Shown: piece by piece, positions 8,861 through 18,934 of the stretch | Layout of the letters: every line of letters begins with the position of its first letter | Position numbering within the stretch: position 1 is the stretch's first letter | IMG/VR virus record: IMGVR_UViG_3300035703_002708 | DNA: 64,000 bases | From: a virus | Lineage: Duplodnaviria; Caudoviricetes | Direction: 5' to 3' (one strand) | Program-made: the position numbers and the translations under genes | The notes under the pieces: generated by a model | The model's input: only the letters and a program-made list of their open reading frames with translations | The model's database searches: none | Told to the model about the DNA's origin: nothing

Positions 8861-9053
8861 TTTGTCTCCTCTGATATTCTTTCAAAATTTTATTATAAGT
8901 TGTTTCTAAATTATCTAAATAATATGTGAGAGATATCAAATTTCGTTTTGTTTTTTCAAATTCTTCATTTATATGGTCCATAACTTTTATCAAATCTTTA
9001 TTAGGTCTAGACTCATATTCATCAATAATTTTTTTTAAAATATCTGTATCCAT
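8847..9053 (-). CDS. hypothetical coiled-coil protein (68 aa)
   Basis: Tightly packed operon ORF. Confidence 0.65.
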   Translation of the reverse strand: MDTDILKKIIDEYESRPNKDLIKVMDHINEEFEKTKRNLISLTYYLDNLETTYNKILKEYQRRQNGGN

Positions 9054-9055
9054 TT

Positions 9056-10960
9056 TTAAATAAATTTACCTGACCAAGAAATTGGTGATGTTGGGCCAAA
9101 TGGGTGAGCTAATGGAGGAATTACGAGTTCGGTTTTAGCATTTTCCCATAACTCCTTACCCTGACCTTTCATCAAACAATAATCCTTTATTAAACTTATA
9201 TTAGTTCTACCATCAGGTAAAGGACCTGTAGGGTAACCAATTGCCTGTAGTTCGTTTATGTAATTAATATAACCCCTCTCAACTGAATACCCATCTAAAG
9301 TTGGTGCAAGAAACAATAATGGAATAGGTACCTTTTGATTTGACAATCCTAAACTAGGAATTTTCAACAAAGACAGAAGTTGGTCTAATACCGATTTACA
9401 TTGCCTCCAATCTCTTACTAATTGTACAATTTTTATCAAAGAACCAACTAAGGTCAAAATCGCTGTGTATTTTTTTAAAATATCTTCTTTAACTAAATCT
9501 TTAGCAATACTCTTGAGAAGTTGTATTATTTCTTGCTTTAGCAATCTGAAAAGTTCTCTTACGAAGAGAGCACCAATTCTCGAAGCCAATCCAATAAAAA
9601 ACCTTCTGTATTTTTGAGTGAATTCCATCATAGAATTTACTTCCAAATTAGGGGTAAATTTCCCCATGGCTTTAAACATTATCAATATACCTAAAAAGAT
9701 TTTAGGAGAAATAATTGAGCTTATGAAGGATTGCGGGAAATTTGCAATAACAGAAAAATCAAAATTTAATGAGAAGTTCATACCAACCTGTAACCCCAAA
9801 CCATTTGGATTGGACAGAAAAGTATCCCTTGCTTTGTCTAAGGCGTTTCTGATTGCCTCATCGTCCTCTTCATCTATAAAATTCAATTCGTCTAGTGAAT
9901 CTACAATTTCAAATGAATTAACGGGAAATTTTATATTATCACAACCCTCTAATTCTACGGCACTACTTTGTATGTTAGCAATTTCTTGATAGATTTTCAT
10001 CAAATCTAAATCTGTAAATTCAAAAAAATCATCGTCTAAATTGTCTAGTTCTCCAATTTTTGAAGAACCGCTAACATCTATCTCCCCTTTATTGTCGAAA
10101 CACAAACCTAAAATTCTTGCCAAAATTCTTGAGAATTTAGAATTATCCTCTTTTTGATTTATACCAACATTAGATTGTAGACTTATTGCACCTGTAAGTG
10201 AGTTTATGATTTCTCCAATTACTTTTTTGAGTTCGACAATTGCCATTCTTTTGTAGTAATCTCTTATAAAATCAGCAACCTTATTTGGTGTTCCTATTCT
10301 GTCTTTTACTCTTACTTTAAAGAAGTTTCCAGGTGCTCCGTTTCCGTCTTGTTGCACAAAACTGATATCAAAAAGTTCTCTCCCTGATGCTCCTTTGAAT
10401 GTATATTCGACCCCTTCATTTTGTATCCTTTCGTAAAGTTGTCTGTTCATAGGATATTTTAACCCCGCATAATCTAAATCTTTGTTTTTTTCATACGAAA
10501 TTTTACCGACATTAGATTGGGGGTCGATTAATAATTGACCTCTGAAATCGGTAGTTGCAACTCTTATGTAAATCACTTGGTCACCTTCATAGGTCTGTTG
10601 TTGAGAACACCCCAAAAGTTTGATTATTTCTTCCTCAACAATTTGCTCAACCTCAGGTCTAAACTTTTTTATTATTTTAATCATGTAGTTTTTGAGGTTC
10701 TCGGCAGTATTAGGACCGTTTCCTTTGTTTGCTTTGATTAAATCTATAATTTGATTAAGTTGACTTTGTATTTCTTTTTGAGCTCTATTTTTTTGTTCTT
10801 CTAATTTGTTGAGAGGATTTGCGATTGCAAAATTGGCGGGGGAATCAGAATCACCGTTTTTTTCGGTTATATCACTGATACCGGTTTTTATGTCTTTGAA
10901 GGTTTTAAAACCTTTGATTTTACTTTTGGCACTTTTATAGCCTTCGTTCAAATCCGCCAT
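9056..10960 (-). CDS. hypothetical protein (634 aa, largely helical)
   Basis: Long ORF translationally coupled to its upstream gene; no recognised motif. Confidence 0.75.
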   Translation of the reverse strand: MADLNEGYKSAKSKIKGFKTFKDIKTGISDITEKNGDSDSPANFAIANPLNKLEEQKNRAQKEIQSQLNQIIDLIKANKGNGPNTAENLKNYMIKIIKKFRPEVEQIVEEEIIKLLGCSQQQTYEGDQVIYIRVATTDFRGQLLIDPQSNVGKISYEKNKDLDYAGLKYPMNRQLYERIQNEGVEYTFKGASGRELFDISFVQQDGNGAPGNFFKVRVKDRIGTPNKVADFIRDYYKRMAIVELKKVIGEIINSLTGAISLQSNVGINQKEDNSKFSRILARILGLCFDNKGEIDVSGSSKIGELDNLDDDFFEFTDLDLMKIYQEIANIQSSAVELEGCDNIKFPVNSFEIVDSLDELNFIDEEDDEAIRNALDKARDTFLSNPNGLGLQVGMNFSLNFDFSVIANFPQSFISSIISPKIFLGILIMFKAMGKFTPNLEVNSMMEFTQKYRRFFIGLASRIGALFVRELFRLLKQEIIQLLKSIAKDLVKEDILKKYTAILTLVGSLIKIVQLVRDWRQCKSVLDQLLSLLKIPSLGLSNQKVPIPLLFLAPTLDGYSVERGYINYINELQAIGYPTGPLPDGRTNISLIKDYCLMKGQGKELWENAKTELVIPPLAHPFGPTSPISWSGKFI

Positions 10961-11322
10961 TATTTCAATTTAAAGGTTTTATTACTTTCTACGTCTTTTT
11001 TAATCAAATCGTCAATCAAATCATCATCCATGTCCGAGATAGAAAAACTTTCTTCGTTATTTTTACTTTTTTCCCAAATTGATGATTGTAGTTTAGAAAG
11101 TTGTAATTTTTTCTCGACACAATCATTGATGATTTTTTGTTGTTTTTCAATTACTGGTCCAATCAAAGTCATATCCTCCGGGTCCTTCATCATTGACAAC
11201 ATTTTATTTTGGATTCGTATTGCGGTACTTCTTTGTTCTACAAGTTCATTATAGATTTCTTGCATTAGAGATAACATCGATTCCTTAGTTAACTCTATTT
11301 TCTTTTTTTGTGGTCTAGACAT
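10960..11322 (-). CDS. hypothetical coiled-coil protein (120 aa)
   Basis: ATG ORF with a heptad pattern; TATTTAT motif at 11327-11333 just upstream. Confidence 0.7.
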   Translation of the reverse strand: MSRPQKKKIELTKESMLSLMQEIYNELVEQRSTAIRIQNKMLSMMKDPEDMTLIGPVIEKQQKIINDCVEKKLQLSKLQSSIWEKSKNNEESFSISDMDDDLIDDLIKKDVESNKTFKLK

Positions 11323-11334
11323 ATTTATAAATAT

Positions 11335-12078
11335 TTACCGAACCATATTTTGAATCAGTTCGAAATATACCTTTTTGAACTTTTTCATACTAGCCCTTAT
11401 CTCTTTTGTTGACAAGTTGGTCATATCTCGTAAGGATAGTAATATAATATTTTTATTAAATTTGTTATTATCGGTACTTATGAAGATAGTATCATAGTTT
11501 ATAAAAACTTCATAAAGAGATTCTCCCAATTTCCTTTCGTTTTCAGATAAATCGTTGTCTTGTAGTATTTCTACTAAGTTTTCTAAAAATTTATCTATTA
11601 TTTGTTCACTAGATAAAGAGTCATCTTCCATATAGTAAATCAAATCTTCTCTGTCCGTATTTTCTAAATCGCTAGAAATATCTTCGTACGATATTTTCCT
11701 ATTCATGTCTTTTTGGTCTTTTATAATTTGACCCATTAAATAGTTTTTACATATGGTACCGAAATATGAATAAGCCTTCTTTTCTTTAGAAGGCTTAAAC
11801 TTTTCTATCTTAGTCATCAGAAATGAATGGGTATCAGCATGAATCTCCTCGAAATCCATGTCCTTTCTGTACAACTTATATCGTCTTATAATAGACGATA
11901 TCATTTTATCCAGCGGTTTTCTAAGATTTTGATTGTAGATTTTGTTTCTTTCCTCAAATGTGTTTGCGGATAAAAATAATCTTACAGCAAATTCTTCTTT
12001 TTCGTCGAAATAGTTGTCGGATTTTGGTTTTCTACCTTTCTTTTTTGAATCATCAATGGTTTGTCCACTTAATGTCAT
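11335..12078 (-). CDS. RNA polymerase sigma-factor-like protein (sigma70 region 2; phage late sigma candidate)
   Basis: Region-2-like KIEKFKPSKEKKAYSYFGTICKNYL; C-terminal HTH-like MTNLSTKEIRASMKKFK. ATG 12078 overlaps the upstream TGA. Confidence 0.65.
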   Translation of the reverse strand: MTLSGQTIDDSKKKGRKPKSDNYFDEKEEFAVRLFLSANTFEERNKIYNQNLRKPLDKMISSIIRRYKLYRKDMDFEEIHADTHSFLMTKIEKFKPSKEKKAYSYFGTICKNYLMGQIIKDQKDMNRKISYEDISSDLENTDREDLIYYMEDDSLSSEQIIDKFLENLVEILQDNDLSENERKLGESLYEVFINYDTIFISTDNNKFNKNIILLSLRDMTNLSTKEIRASMKKFKKVYFELIQNMVR

Positions 12079-12884
12079 CAAACGGTTTGCGGTTCATATT
12101 TTATCTGTCTGTCAATACTGAAAAAATATTCTTTTTTTGCAGACTCAATCCAAAATTTGATTTCATCAGGAACCATAACATCTGAACCATTTTTGTAATT
12201 CCAAAAAATTGAACCTTCTCGTAGATTTACGTGCTTGTATCCAATTTTAGGAATCGTCATAATTTTGACTGAATTATGTGTCATTCTTAACATAAATTCA
12301 TAGACAAATGTCAATTTTATTGATGGTTTAAATTTACCGTATTGTTCAAATACTGATTTTTTTATCACCATACCAGACGACTGGAAGTTTTGGTAATTTT
12401 GCAAAGTTTCATTAGTTAGAATACCCATATCAGGTGAGAAGTTTGCGGCAAATGTTGCTTCATTAGTAAATCCCGCAAACACACCTTTATCGTCAATATC
12501 TACAACAATTGGTAGAAATGCTTCAACATCTTTATATGATTTAACATATAGGTTTACATTTTTAAACCAAATTGACGAGTATTCATCATCGAATTCAAAA
12601 AATGAAACCCATTCTGAAGTTGAGTTATCAACACCATAATTAATTTGTGAACAAAAATTAGGCTCGTCCTTCCAAACTAATTTTTTAACCGTAAGGTCAC
12701 CAAAGTCATATGAGTCAAGAGCACTTGTAAGTGTATCTTCATCAGTATGTACAATGATTAGTTCGTTAAATGGAATTTTTTGAGTTTTCAGAGACGTAAT
12801 TGCCTTATCAAAAAGTTCATCAAAGTCTTTAACCTTAGCAGACTTTATAGGTAATATTACAGATAAATTAAGTTTTTCGCTCAT
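12078..12884 (-). CDS. glycosyltransferase, GT-A fold (GT2-like)
   Basis: LSVILPI, IIVHT, WVSFFEFDD (DxD-like); start placed at ATG 12884. Confidence 0.75.
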   Translation of the reverse strand: MSEKLNLSVILPIKSAKVKDFDELFDKAITSLKTQKIPFNELIIVHTDEDTLTSALDSYDFGDLTVKKLVWKDEPNFCSQINYGVDNSTSEWVSFFEFDDEYSSIWFKNVNLYVKSYKDVEAFLPIVVDIDDKGVFAGFTNEATFAANFSPDMGILTNETLQNYQNFQSSGMVIKKSVFEQYGKFKPSIKLTFVYEFMLRMTHNSVKIMTIPKIGYKHVNLREGSIFWNYKNGSDVMVPDEIKFWIESAKKEYFFSIDRQIKYEPQTV

Positions 12885-12885
12885 A

Positions 12886-13947
12886 TTATTCAATAGTTTG
12901 TAATTTGTTTAGTTGTTCTTGGAATGGTTCCAATCTTGTTTCGATGTATCTTGTAAATAAATCAATTACCTTGGATTCGAACTCATCGACTTTTGTATAT
13001 TTTTCAGCGGTTTTCTCGATGTTTTCATAAAGAGACTCATTGATATTATCTTCTAACCAATTGTGTAAGAAGTCAGATACGAAATCAACAATTTGGTTTT
13101 GTTCTCTAATCCAAACACCATTTTCTTCATTCATCCATTCAGGAAACAAATTTGGTATTTTACCAATGACTGGTACACCAACTTTCATAGATTCTAATGG
13201 GAATGTCCCAAATCCACTTGTTGAGTCAATCCAAACCGATAAAAAACAATCTTTAAGTGCGTTTGCAAATTCTTTTTGTGATAGTCCTCTCATATCTCTA
13301 AAAGTAACCCAACGATACTGAGGGTATTTTAAATAGAAAGTTTTAATCAGGGTCATTGTGTCTCTTTGGTCTCTTGTATGAATCGCAATAATTGGTTTTG
13401 GGGGTAATTCCTGTTTTTGGAAAACATTAGAAATCACAGGTGTTAAAATATCAAAAGAAGTACCTTTCATTACTGAACTTACGTATTGTTTTTGTTCCTC
13501 AGATGTGGTAATACATTTTGTAAACCCATATTGCGCCCATGTTTGACCAGGCTGTAGTGTTTCAACTATGTGGTCGTAAGCTTGACATAATACAATTTTA
13601 GCACAAGGAAGGTTTGTTAATTGCGGCATCACAAATCCATAAAGTTCTGGCACGATGATAAAATCTTCAGGGGATACCTCCAAATTCTGACCTTCAATCG
13701 CTCTATGAGGTAGTTCATCCATGTATTCTTGACCTAACCAATTCGCTACTCCTGTATAATCAGGTTTTTCATGTAGAATAATCGAATTAAATCCTGCTCG
13801 CTTCAGTGTCATGGCCATTTGGTAGGTATGTGCAATACCTGCCTTAGCATTACCTTTGGTGTCTTGTACCATAAAATAAATCCTTACAGATTTGTTTTTA
13901 AGGTTCTCTACTGATTTCTCTAAATTTTTAATTTGTTCGGGTGTCAT
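12886..13947 (-). CDS. glycosyltransferase, GT-B fold (GT4-like)
   Basis: C-terminal SGFGTFPLESMKVGVPVIG corresponds to the E-x7-E GT4 motif region. Confidence 0.7.
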   Translation of the reverse strand: MTPEQIKNLEKSVENLKNKSVRIYFMVQDTKGNAKAGIAHTYQMAMTLKRAGFNSIILHEKPDYTGVANWLGQEYMDELPHRAIEGQNLEVSPEDFIIVPELYGFVMPQLTNLPCAKIVLCQAYDHIVETLQPGQTWAQYGFTKCITTSEEQKQYVSSVMKGTSFDILTPVISNVFQKQELPPKPIIAIHTRDQRDTMTLIKTFYLKYPQYRWVTFRDMRGLSQKEFANALKDCFLSVWIDSTSGFGTFPLESMKVGVPVIGKIPNLFPEWMNEENGVWIREQNQIVDFVSDFLHNWLEDNINESLYENIEKTAEKYTKVDEFESKVIDLFTRYIETRLEPFQEQLNKLQTIE

Positions 13948-13948
13948 A

Positions 13949-14212
13949 TTAATATTTGTTGATTAATTTTTTATTCAATAGTGAGTTAAAAGCAATTTTG
14001 AATGGAATGGTCAATCCTCCGCCACTCTTTAATCCTAATGTTTCGTCTATTTCTTCATCTTCAGTCATAATAACTTCCATCATCATTTTTACAACTTCGT
14101 ATTTTACAACATTAATGTGCATTTCACTACCACCACTTGCCGAAGGGATATTTATATATTTTTCAATTTCGTCGATATCAACGTAATAAGTGTCATTAAA
14201 GATTTTGAACAT
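13949..14212 (-). CDS. hypothetical protein (87 aa)
   Basis: Operon-packed ATG ORF. Confidence 0.7.
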   Translation of the reverse strand: MFKIFNDTYYVDIDEIEKYINIPSASGGSEMHINVVKYEVVKMMMEVIMTEDEEIDETLGLKSGGGLTIPFKIAFNSLLNKKLINKY

Positions 14213-14877
14213 TATGCGTATTGTTTTATAATGTTTTCCAACATAGTTTCAAATTCCTTTATTGAAGAAATTGTGTATGGTGAAGAAACGTGTTTATTGT
14301 ATTTTGTTTCGTATTTAACCACGATTTTGTTCTGTGGATGATTTAATAATAAGTCAGGATTTGCCGTAAGTAAAACATCTACTTCATCCCACATAGATTT
14401 AATTGTTTGGTTAGAATAAAATTTTACCTTTTCTAATAAACAACCAAATTTCGATATGAAAAAAAGTGATGCGGGTTTTGACTTTCCAATCTCATCTGAC
14501 ACAATCAACAAATCATGTTCATCTCTTAATTTTATATATAAATCATTAAGGTCATTAAATGATGTCATTTCGGCTGATGGGGCGTGACCAAAAATTTGCA
14601 TCGGAAATTCTTGGTACATAAAATTATAAAGTTCATCGTTGTTTGGAAATGCAAAATGTTTTGACAAGTCTATTGAATCGACTTCGGACAAGACCTCGTA
14701 TTTAAATGGAGTTTCTACTTTAGATAAAATCTCTTTATATTCCTCGTTATTATCAATCGCTTCGTAGGTCTTGAGTTTTTCGTCGTATTCCTCGTCGATT
14801 AGATATCTCTCGTAAGTTTGTTTAAACTTCTCGATGGTGTCTCTTAAAACACCATTTAATTCAATACCGATTTTCAT
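14212..14877 (-). CDS. HAD-superfamily 5'(3')-deoxyribonucleotidase-like protein with altered motif I
   Basis: MKIGIELNGVLRDT occupies the IDxDGVL.D position. Confidence 0.55.
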   Translation of the reverse strand: MKIGIELNGVLRDTIEKFKQTYERYLIDEEYDEKLKTYEAIDNNEEYKEILSKVETPFKYEVLSEVDSIDLSKHFAFPNNDELYNFMYQEFPMQIFGHAPSAEMTSFNDLNDLYIKLRDEHDLLIVSDEIGKSKPASLFFISKFGCLLEKVKFYSNQTIKSMWDEVDVLLTANPDLLLNHPQNKIVVKYETKYNKHVSSPYTISSIKEFETMLENIIKQYA

Positions 14878-15602
14878 TCTTCGTATCTTTTTAGTAATTT
14901 ACTAATTAATGGATTTCTCACAACATCTTTGTCTGAAAATTCGAATACTCCGACATCGTCAATACTTTTGAATCGTTGAAGTGCGTCCCACAATCCTGAT
15001 TGACGTTTATCTTTGTATCTGTCAGTTTGTTCCAAATCCCCTGATATAAAAAATTTAGAGTTATAACCAATCCTTGTCAATAATAATTTCATTTGATTTG
15101 GTGTTGCGTTTTGTGCCTCCTCAAAAATCAAAATGGTGTTATCGATATTCATACCTCTCATATACGCTAAAGCGAATACTTCGATGATTTCCGCTTCTTT
15201 GAGTTTTTCTCTTGCCTCTTTACCAACAATTTTATTTAGTAGGTAATAAGAAGGGAAAATATAAGGGTCTAATTTTTCCTCTACGTTTCCTGGTAATGAA
15301 CCTAATTTTTCTTCAGCCTCAACTGCAGGACGAACAATTACTAACTTTTCGTATGAATTGGTGGGGTCCAAAAGTAAATCAACCGCTGCCTTCATCGAAA
15401 TATAACTTTTACCGACACCAGCAGGACCTGAACACAATACTATTTGATTATTAGTTAATAATTCATAGTAAGTCTTTTGACTTTCGGTAAGAAATTTATT
15501 TCTGATTTTTTTTGTCACTAAAGAATTGATATAATCTTTTTTTGACATTTTTCTTTCGACAGGTTCAGCTTTCGGAGTATTCTGTTTTTTTCTTTGCGTC
15601 AT
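14874..15602 (-). CDS. phoH: PhoH-like ATPase
   Basis: GPAGVGKS Walker A; IVRPAVEAEEKLGSLPG; AYMRG...IFEEAQN; LLTRIG...SGDLEQTD; VVRNPLI. Confidence 0.95.
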   Translation of the reverse strand: MTQRKKQNTPKAEPVERKMSKKDYINSLVTKKIRNKFLTESQKTYYELLTNNQIVLCSGPAGVGKSYISMKAAVDLLLDPTNSYEKLVIVRPAVEAEEKLGSLPGNVEEKLDPYIFPSYYLLNKIVGKEAREKLKEAEIIEVFALAYMRGMNIDNTILIFEEAQNATPNQMKLLLTRIGYNSKFFISGDLEQTDRYKDKRQSGLWDALQRFKSIDDVGVFEFSDKDVVRNPLISKLLKRYEE

Positions 15603-16632
15603 TTTTATTTACATTATTGTTAATCCATTGATAAGTTTTTTCTAATCCATAAATCAATGGTTGTGAGACCGACCAACCTATTTTTTCTTTATAAAGTTTG
15701 TTATCAGAATTTCTACCTTTAACACCAACAGGGCATTTAAATCCATATTTTTGTTTGAAGTCTTCACCTGATATATTATATATTTTAATGTTTTTTCTTG
15801 AAATATCAATGGCCATTTGAGCCAGTTGGTTTATAGTAACCATTTCCTCAGAACCGATATTTACAGGTCCTTTGAAATCACTATCCATTAATCTTAATAC
15901 CGCCTCAACACACTCGTCGATGTATAAAAATGACCTAGTTTGTTGACCATCTCCCCAAACTTCAATCTCACTACCTTCAGGTGTTTCAGAAACTTTTCTA
16001 CACATAGCAGCGGGAGCTTTTTCCTTACCTCCATTCCAAGTACCGTAAGGTCCAAAAATGTTATGGAATCTTGCGACTCTAACATCTAAACCATAGTTTC
16101 TATTAAAAGCAAAATACAATCTTTCACTGAAAAGTTTTTCCCAACCATACTCTGAATCGGGATTTGCCGGGTAAGCGGACGATTCTTCACAATTTGGGTT
16201 ATTAGGGTCTAGTTGATTATGTTCGGGATACATACAAGCCGAAGATGAGTAAAATATTTTTTTAACATTCATCATCGTTGCGTAGTACGAAACATTCAAA
16301 TTAATTAATGCCGAATTGTGCATTACATCGGCATCATTTTCTCCTGTGAAAATATATCCCGCACCTCCCATATCGGCAGCCAATTGATAGACCTCGTCAA
16401 AACTATTTTCTTTATCGTCTAACGACTTTTGATTCGGACCGAACATTATTTTACTTACAAGTTGTGCGTCTCTCAAATCTCCTTGTATAAATTCAGTACA
16501 AAATTCGTGTTGGTCGAAATATTCATGTTGTTTTATGTCTACAACTCTTACGAAATTACCTTCAGTAAATAATCTTTTCGCGAGATGACCACCTATGAAT
16601 CCGCCACCTCCTAATATTAATATATTTTTCAT
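15565..16632 (-). CDS. NAD-dependent epimerase, GDP-mannose 3,5-epimerase-like
   Basis: GGGGFIG, YQLAADMGGAGYI, SSSACMYP, DSEYGWEKLFSERLY, EKAPAAMCRK, GVKGRNSDN. Confidence 0.88.
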   Translation of the reverse strand: MKNILILGGGGFIGGHLAKRLFTEGNFVRVVDIKQHEYFDQHEFCTEFIQGDLRDAQLVSKIMFGPNQKSLDDKENSFDEVYQLAADMGGAGYIFTGENDADVMHNSALINLNVSYYATMMNVKKIFYSSSACMYPEHNQLDPNNPNCEESSAYPANPDSEYGWEKLFSERLYFAFNRNYGLDVRVARFHNIFGPYGTWNGGKEKAPAAMCRKVSETPEGSEIEVWGDGQQTRSFLYIDECVEAVLRLMDSDFKGPVNIGSEEMVTINQLAQMAIDISRKNIKIYNISGEDFKQKYGFKCPVGVKGRNSDNKLYKEKIGWSVSQPLIYGLEKTYQWINNNVNKNDAKKKTEYSES

Positions 16633-17516
16633 TTTTTAAAAAAGTTTTTTATAAATTTTTCTAAATCTCCTGTTGGTCTCCAATTAGACATGGATTTTAA
16701 CTTTTCAGAATTGGATAAAGTTTTTTTAGGCTCTACGACACTTCCTATATATTCAACTTCAGAATCAATTAAATTGCATATCTCATTTATTTTGTAATCG
16801 TTACCGTTACCGACGTTGAATATTTCGAAATCAGATTCCAATGACAAACATTCAACATTTGCGTTTACTACATCATCTACGTGTGTAAAATCTCGAGATT
16901 GTTCGCCATCATTTGTTATTGGTATTGGATTTCCTATCAAGAAATTTTTTTTAAAAATAGACAGTGCTGTAATATATTGACCATTCAGAGGCATACTATC
17001 ACCATAGACGTTAAAATACCTAAGACAAAAAGTTTTAATGTTATATAAATCCGAATAAATTTTACAATATTGTTCACCAATAAGTTTTTGTAACCCGTAT
17101 GGTGATTTGGGATTTAAATTTTTTGAAGTCTCGACAAAAGGTAGTTCGTCATCACCGTAAACAGATGAAGACGAGCTAAAAATAAACCTTTCAACACCAT
17201 ATTTTCTACACATATCGAGTAGATTAACAGTACCTGTTACATTCACTTCGTTGAATTTTACAGGGTCTTTAATTGATGGTTGTACTCTAGCTAAAGCCGC
17301 TAAGTGAAATACACAATCAACTTTGCCAATCTGTTCAAAAATTTTTGTCAATTCATCATAATTAACGATATCTGTTTCGAACAAAACATCGCCAAAATTA
17401 GGTTGTGAACTATTTGATAGATTATCTATCACATAAACAAAATGACCTAATGATTTTAATTTTTTTACTAAATTGTGACCAATAAATCCACATCCACCTG
17501 TTACTAATATCTTCAT
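16629..17516 (-). CDS. NAD-dependent nucleotide-sugar epimerase/dehydratase (extended SDR)
   Basis: TGGCGFIG, HLAA, SSSSVYG, SPYGLQK (YxxxK), LRYFNVYG, RDFTHVDD. Confidence 0.9.
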   Translation of the reverse strand: MKILVTGGCGFIGHNLVKKLKSLGHFVYVIDNLSNSSQPNFGDVLFETDIVNYDELTKIFEQIGKVDCVFHLAALARVQPSIKDPVKFNEVNVTGTVNLLDMCRKYGVERFIFSSSSSVYGDDELPFVETSKNLNPKSPYGLQKLIGEQYCKIYSDLYNIKTFCLRYFNVYGDSMPLNGQYITALSIFKKNFLIGNPIPITNDGEQSRDFTHVDDVVNANVECLSLESDFEIFNVGNGNDYKINEICNLIDSEVEYIGSVVEPKKTLSNSEKLKSMSNWRPTGDLEKFIKNFFKK

Positions 17517-17520
17517 ATTT

Positions 17521-18213
17521 TTAATTATAAATCATTTTTTGTAAAATTCCGCAGTTGTATTCGATTAAGTCATTAGACGAATCAACTTTTTTAAGATTGT
17601 ATTTTATGGCAATATTTGTTAATATACTTTGGTCGTGTCTATGTTCTATAAAATTTTTATGATTTGGGTGACCACAAATGTTCGGGAGGTCTGTGACTAT
17701 GTTTTCATTTCTACAATAATCCAACCATTCCTCAATTAACTTTAGATTTGATACCGTTTTCCTAAATCCTAAAACCCCCGCTTCTAATTGTACCTGATTA
17801 TGGAAATTTTCAGAGTCGCAATTCATTAAAACGAAACAATCTTTTTTTGTCCAAACATCGTGTGATTCATGTCTCAAATTATTGAATAATAAATAATCGT
17901 TGTTTTCGAAGTGATTCTCAATGAATGAGAAAAATCTATCTTTTGGTAGGTCAGTAGAATCCAAATAAATAACTATATCGTTTTCATTTGACTCTAACAA
18001 TGATTTTAAAATTAAATAAGGTTTCCATAACCAATAACCATATCCTCTTCCATATTTGAATATTTTATGGTTTTCAGTTAAGAACTCATTTGATATGTCT
18101 TCCTTATTATAGATTTCGATATTTTTTATGCCTGAGTTACTTAAGATTTCGACCAAATGTGTTCTTGGTTTAACATAATTGTCTGTGGCAAAAGTTATAA
18201 ATTTAAAATTCAT
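17521..18213 (-). CDS. putative glycosyltransferase-like protein
   Basis: GYWLWKPYLI, IYLDS and EHRHDQSIL motifs in a glycan operon. Confidence 0.55.
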   Translation of the reverse strand: MNFKFITFATDNYVKPRTHLVEILSNSGIKNIEIYNKEDISNEFLTENHKIFKYGRGYGYWLWKPYLILKSLLESNENDIVIYLDSTDLPKDRFFSFIENHFENNDYLLFNNLRHESHDVWTKKDCFVLMNCDSENFHNQVQLEAGVLGFRKTVSNLKLIEEWLDYCRNENIVTDLPNICGHPNHKNFIEHRHDQSILTNIAIKYNLKKVDSSNDLIEYNCGILQKMIYN

Positions 18214-18220
18214 AGTTTCA

Positions 18221-18931
18221 TTAACTTCTTAAGAAATTTATTCCACCGTGTTCTGTTTTCCCCAACTGAAATATTTTTTTTTGGTATGGTAGGTCGAATG
18301 ATGGGGGGTAAACATATCCAGAATCTAATTTTTTCGGTGGATTTTTTATAAAATATTTGTTCATGTGGGATTCATCATGCCATATCGCAATAATGTTGTT
18401 GTCTAAATCTTTTTGTATTTCATTCTGTAGAGTCTCCGTCATTTCTAAAAAACTTTCGTTTTTCCCTCCAAAAAAGCATCCTTGGAAATAGTTTTCTCCT
18501 TCTTCTCCATACCCTACGTATGCTGTCGAATCTGGTCTTCTTTCGAGAGGAAATGCCTGACTTTTTATTATGTTATGAAATCCAGGATGAATCGCTCCAA
18601 CTAATCCTGATTTTTCATCAAATGGAAGTATTTCTTTTCCAATATTTTCTAAAAAAAACATATTTACATTACTGAAAAAAATAAAATCATGGTCAAGTTT
18701 ATCTTTAATCGAGTTTATTAAATGAAATCTCATTAAAGTATCAAATGGCCACCCCATTTTTTTCTGATATATTACGTTCACGTTTTTTCTTGGTCTCAAA
18801 TTGTTCGAATCAGTGAAAATAAAAAATTCCAATTGTTCATCACAAAAAAAATGTTTGATACAACTGGATATTAGTCCATCCACAAATAATTCGTATTTAC
18901 CAGTGGCAATAAAAATATAACAAATTTTCAT
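18221..18931 (-). CDS. GT6 (ABO blood-group-type) glycosyltransferase
   Basis: FIATGKY, GWPFDTLMRF, NVN in place of DxD as in bacterial GT6, and WHDESHMNKY. Confidence 0.9.
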   Translation of the reverse strand: MKICYIFIATGKYELFVDGLISSCIKHFFCDEQLEFFIFTDSNNLRPRKNVNVIYQKKMGWPFDTLMRFHLINSIKDKLDHDFIFFSNVNMFFLENIGKEILPFDEKSGLVGAIHPGFHNIIKSQAFPLERRPDSTAYVGYGEEGENYFQGCFFGGKNESFLEMTETLQNEIQKDLDNNIIAIWHDESHMNKYFIKNPPKKLDSGYVYPPSFDLPYQKKIFQLGKTEHGGINFLRS

Positions 18932-18934
18932 ATA

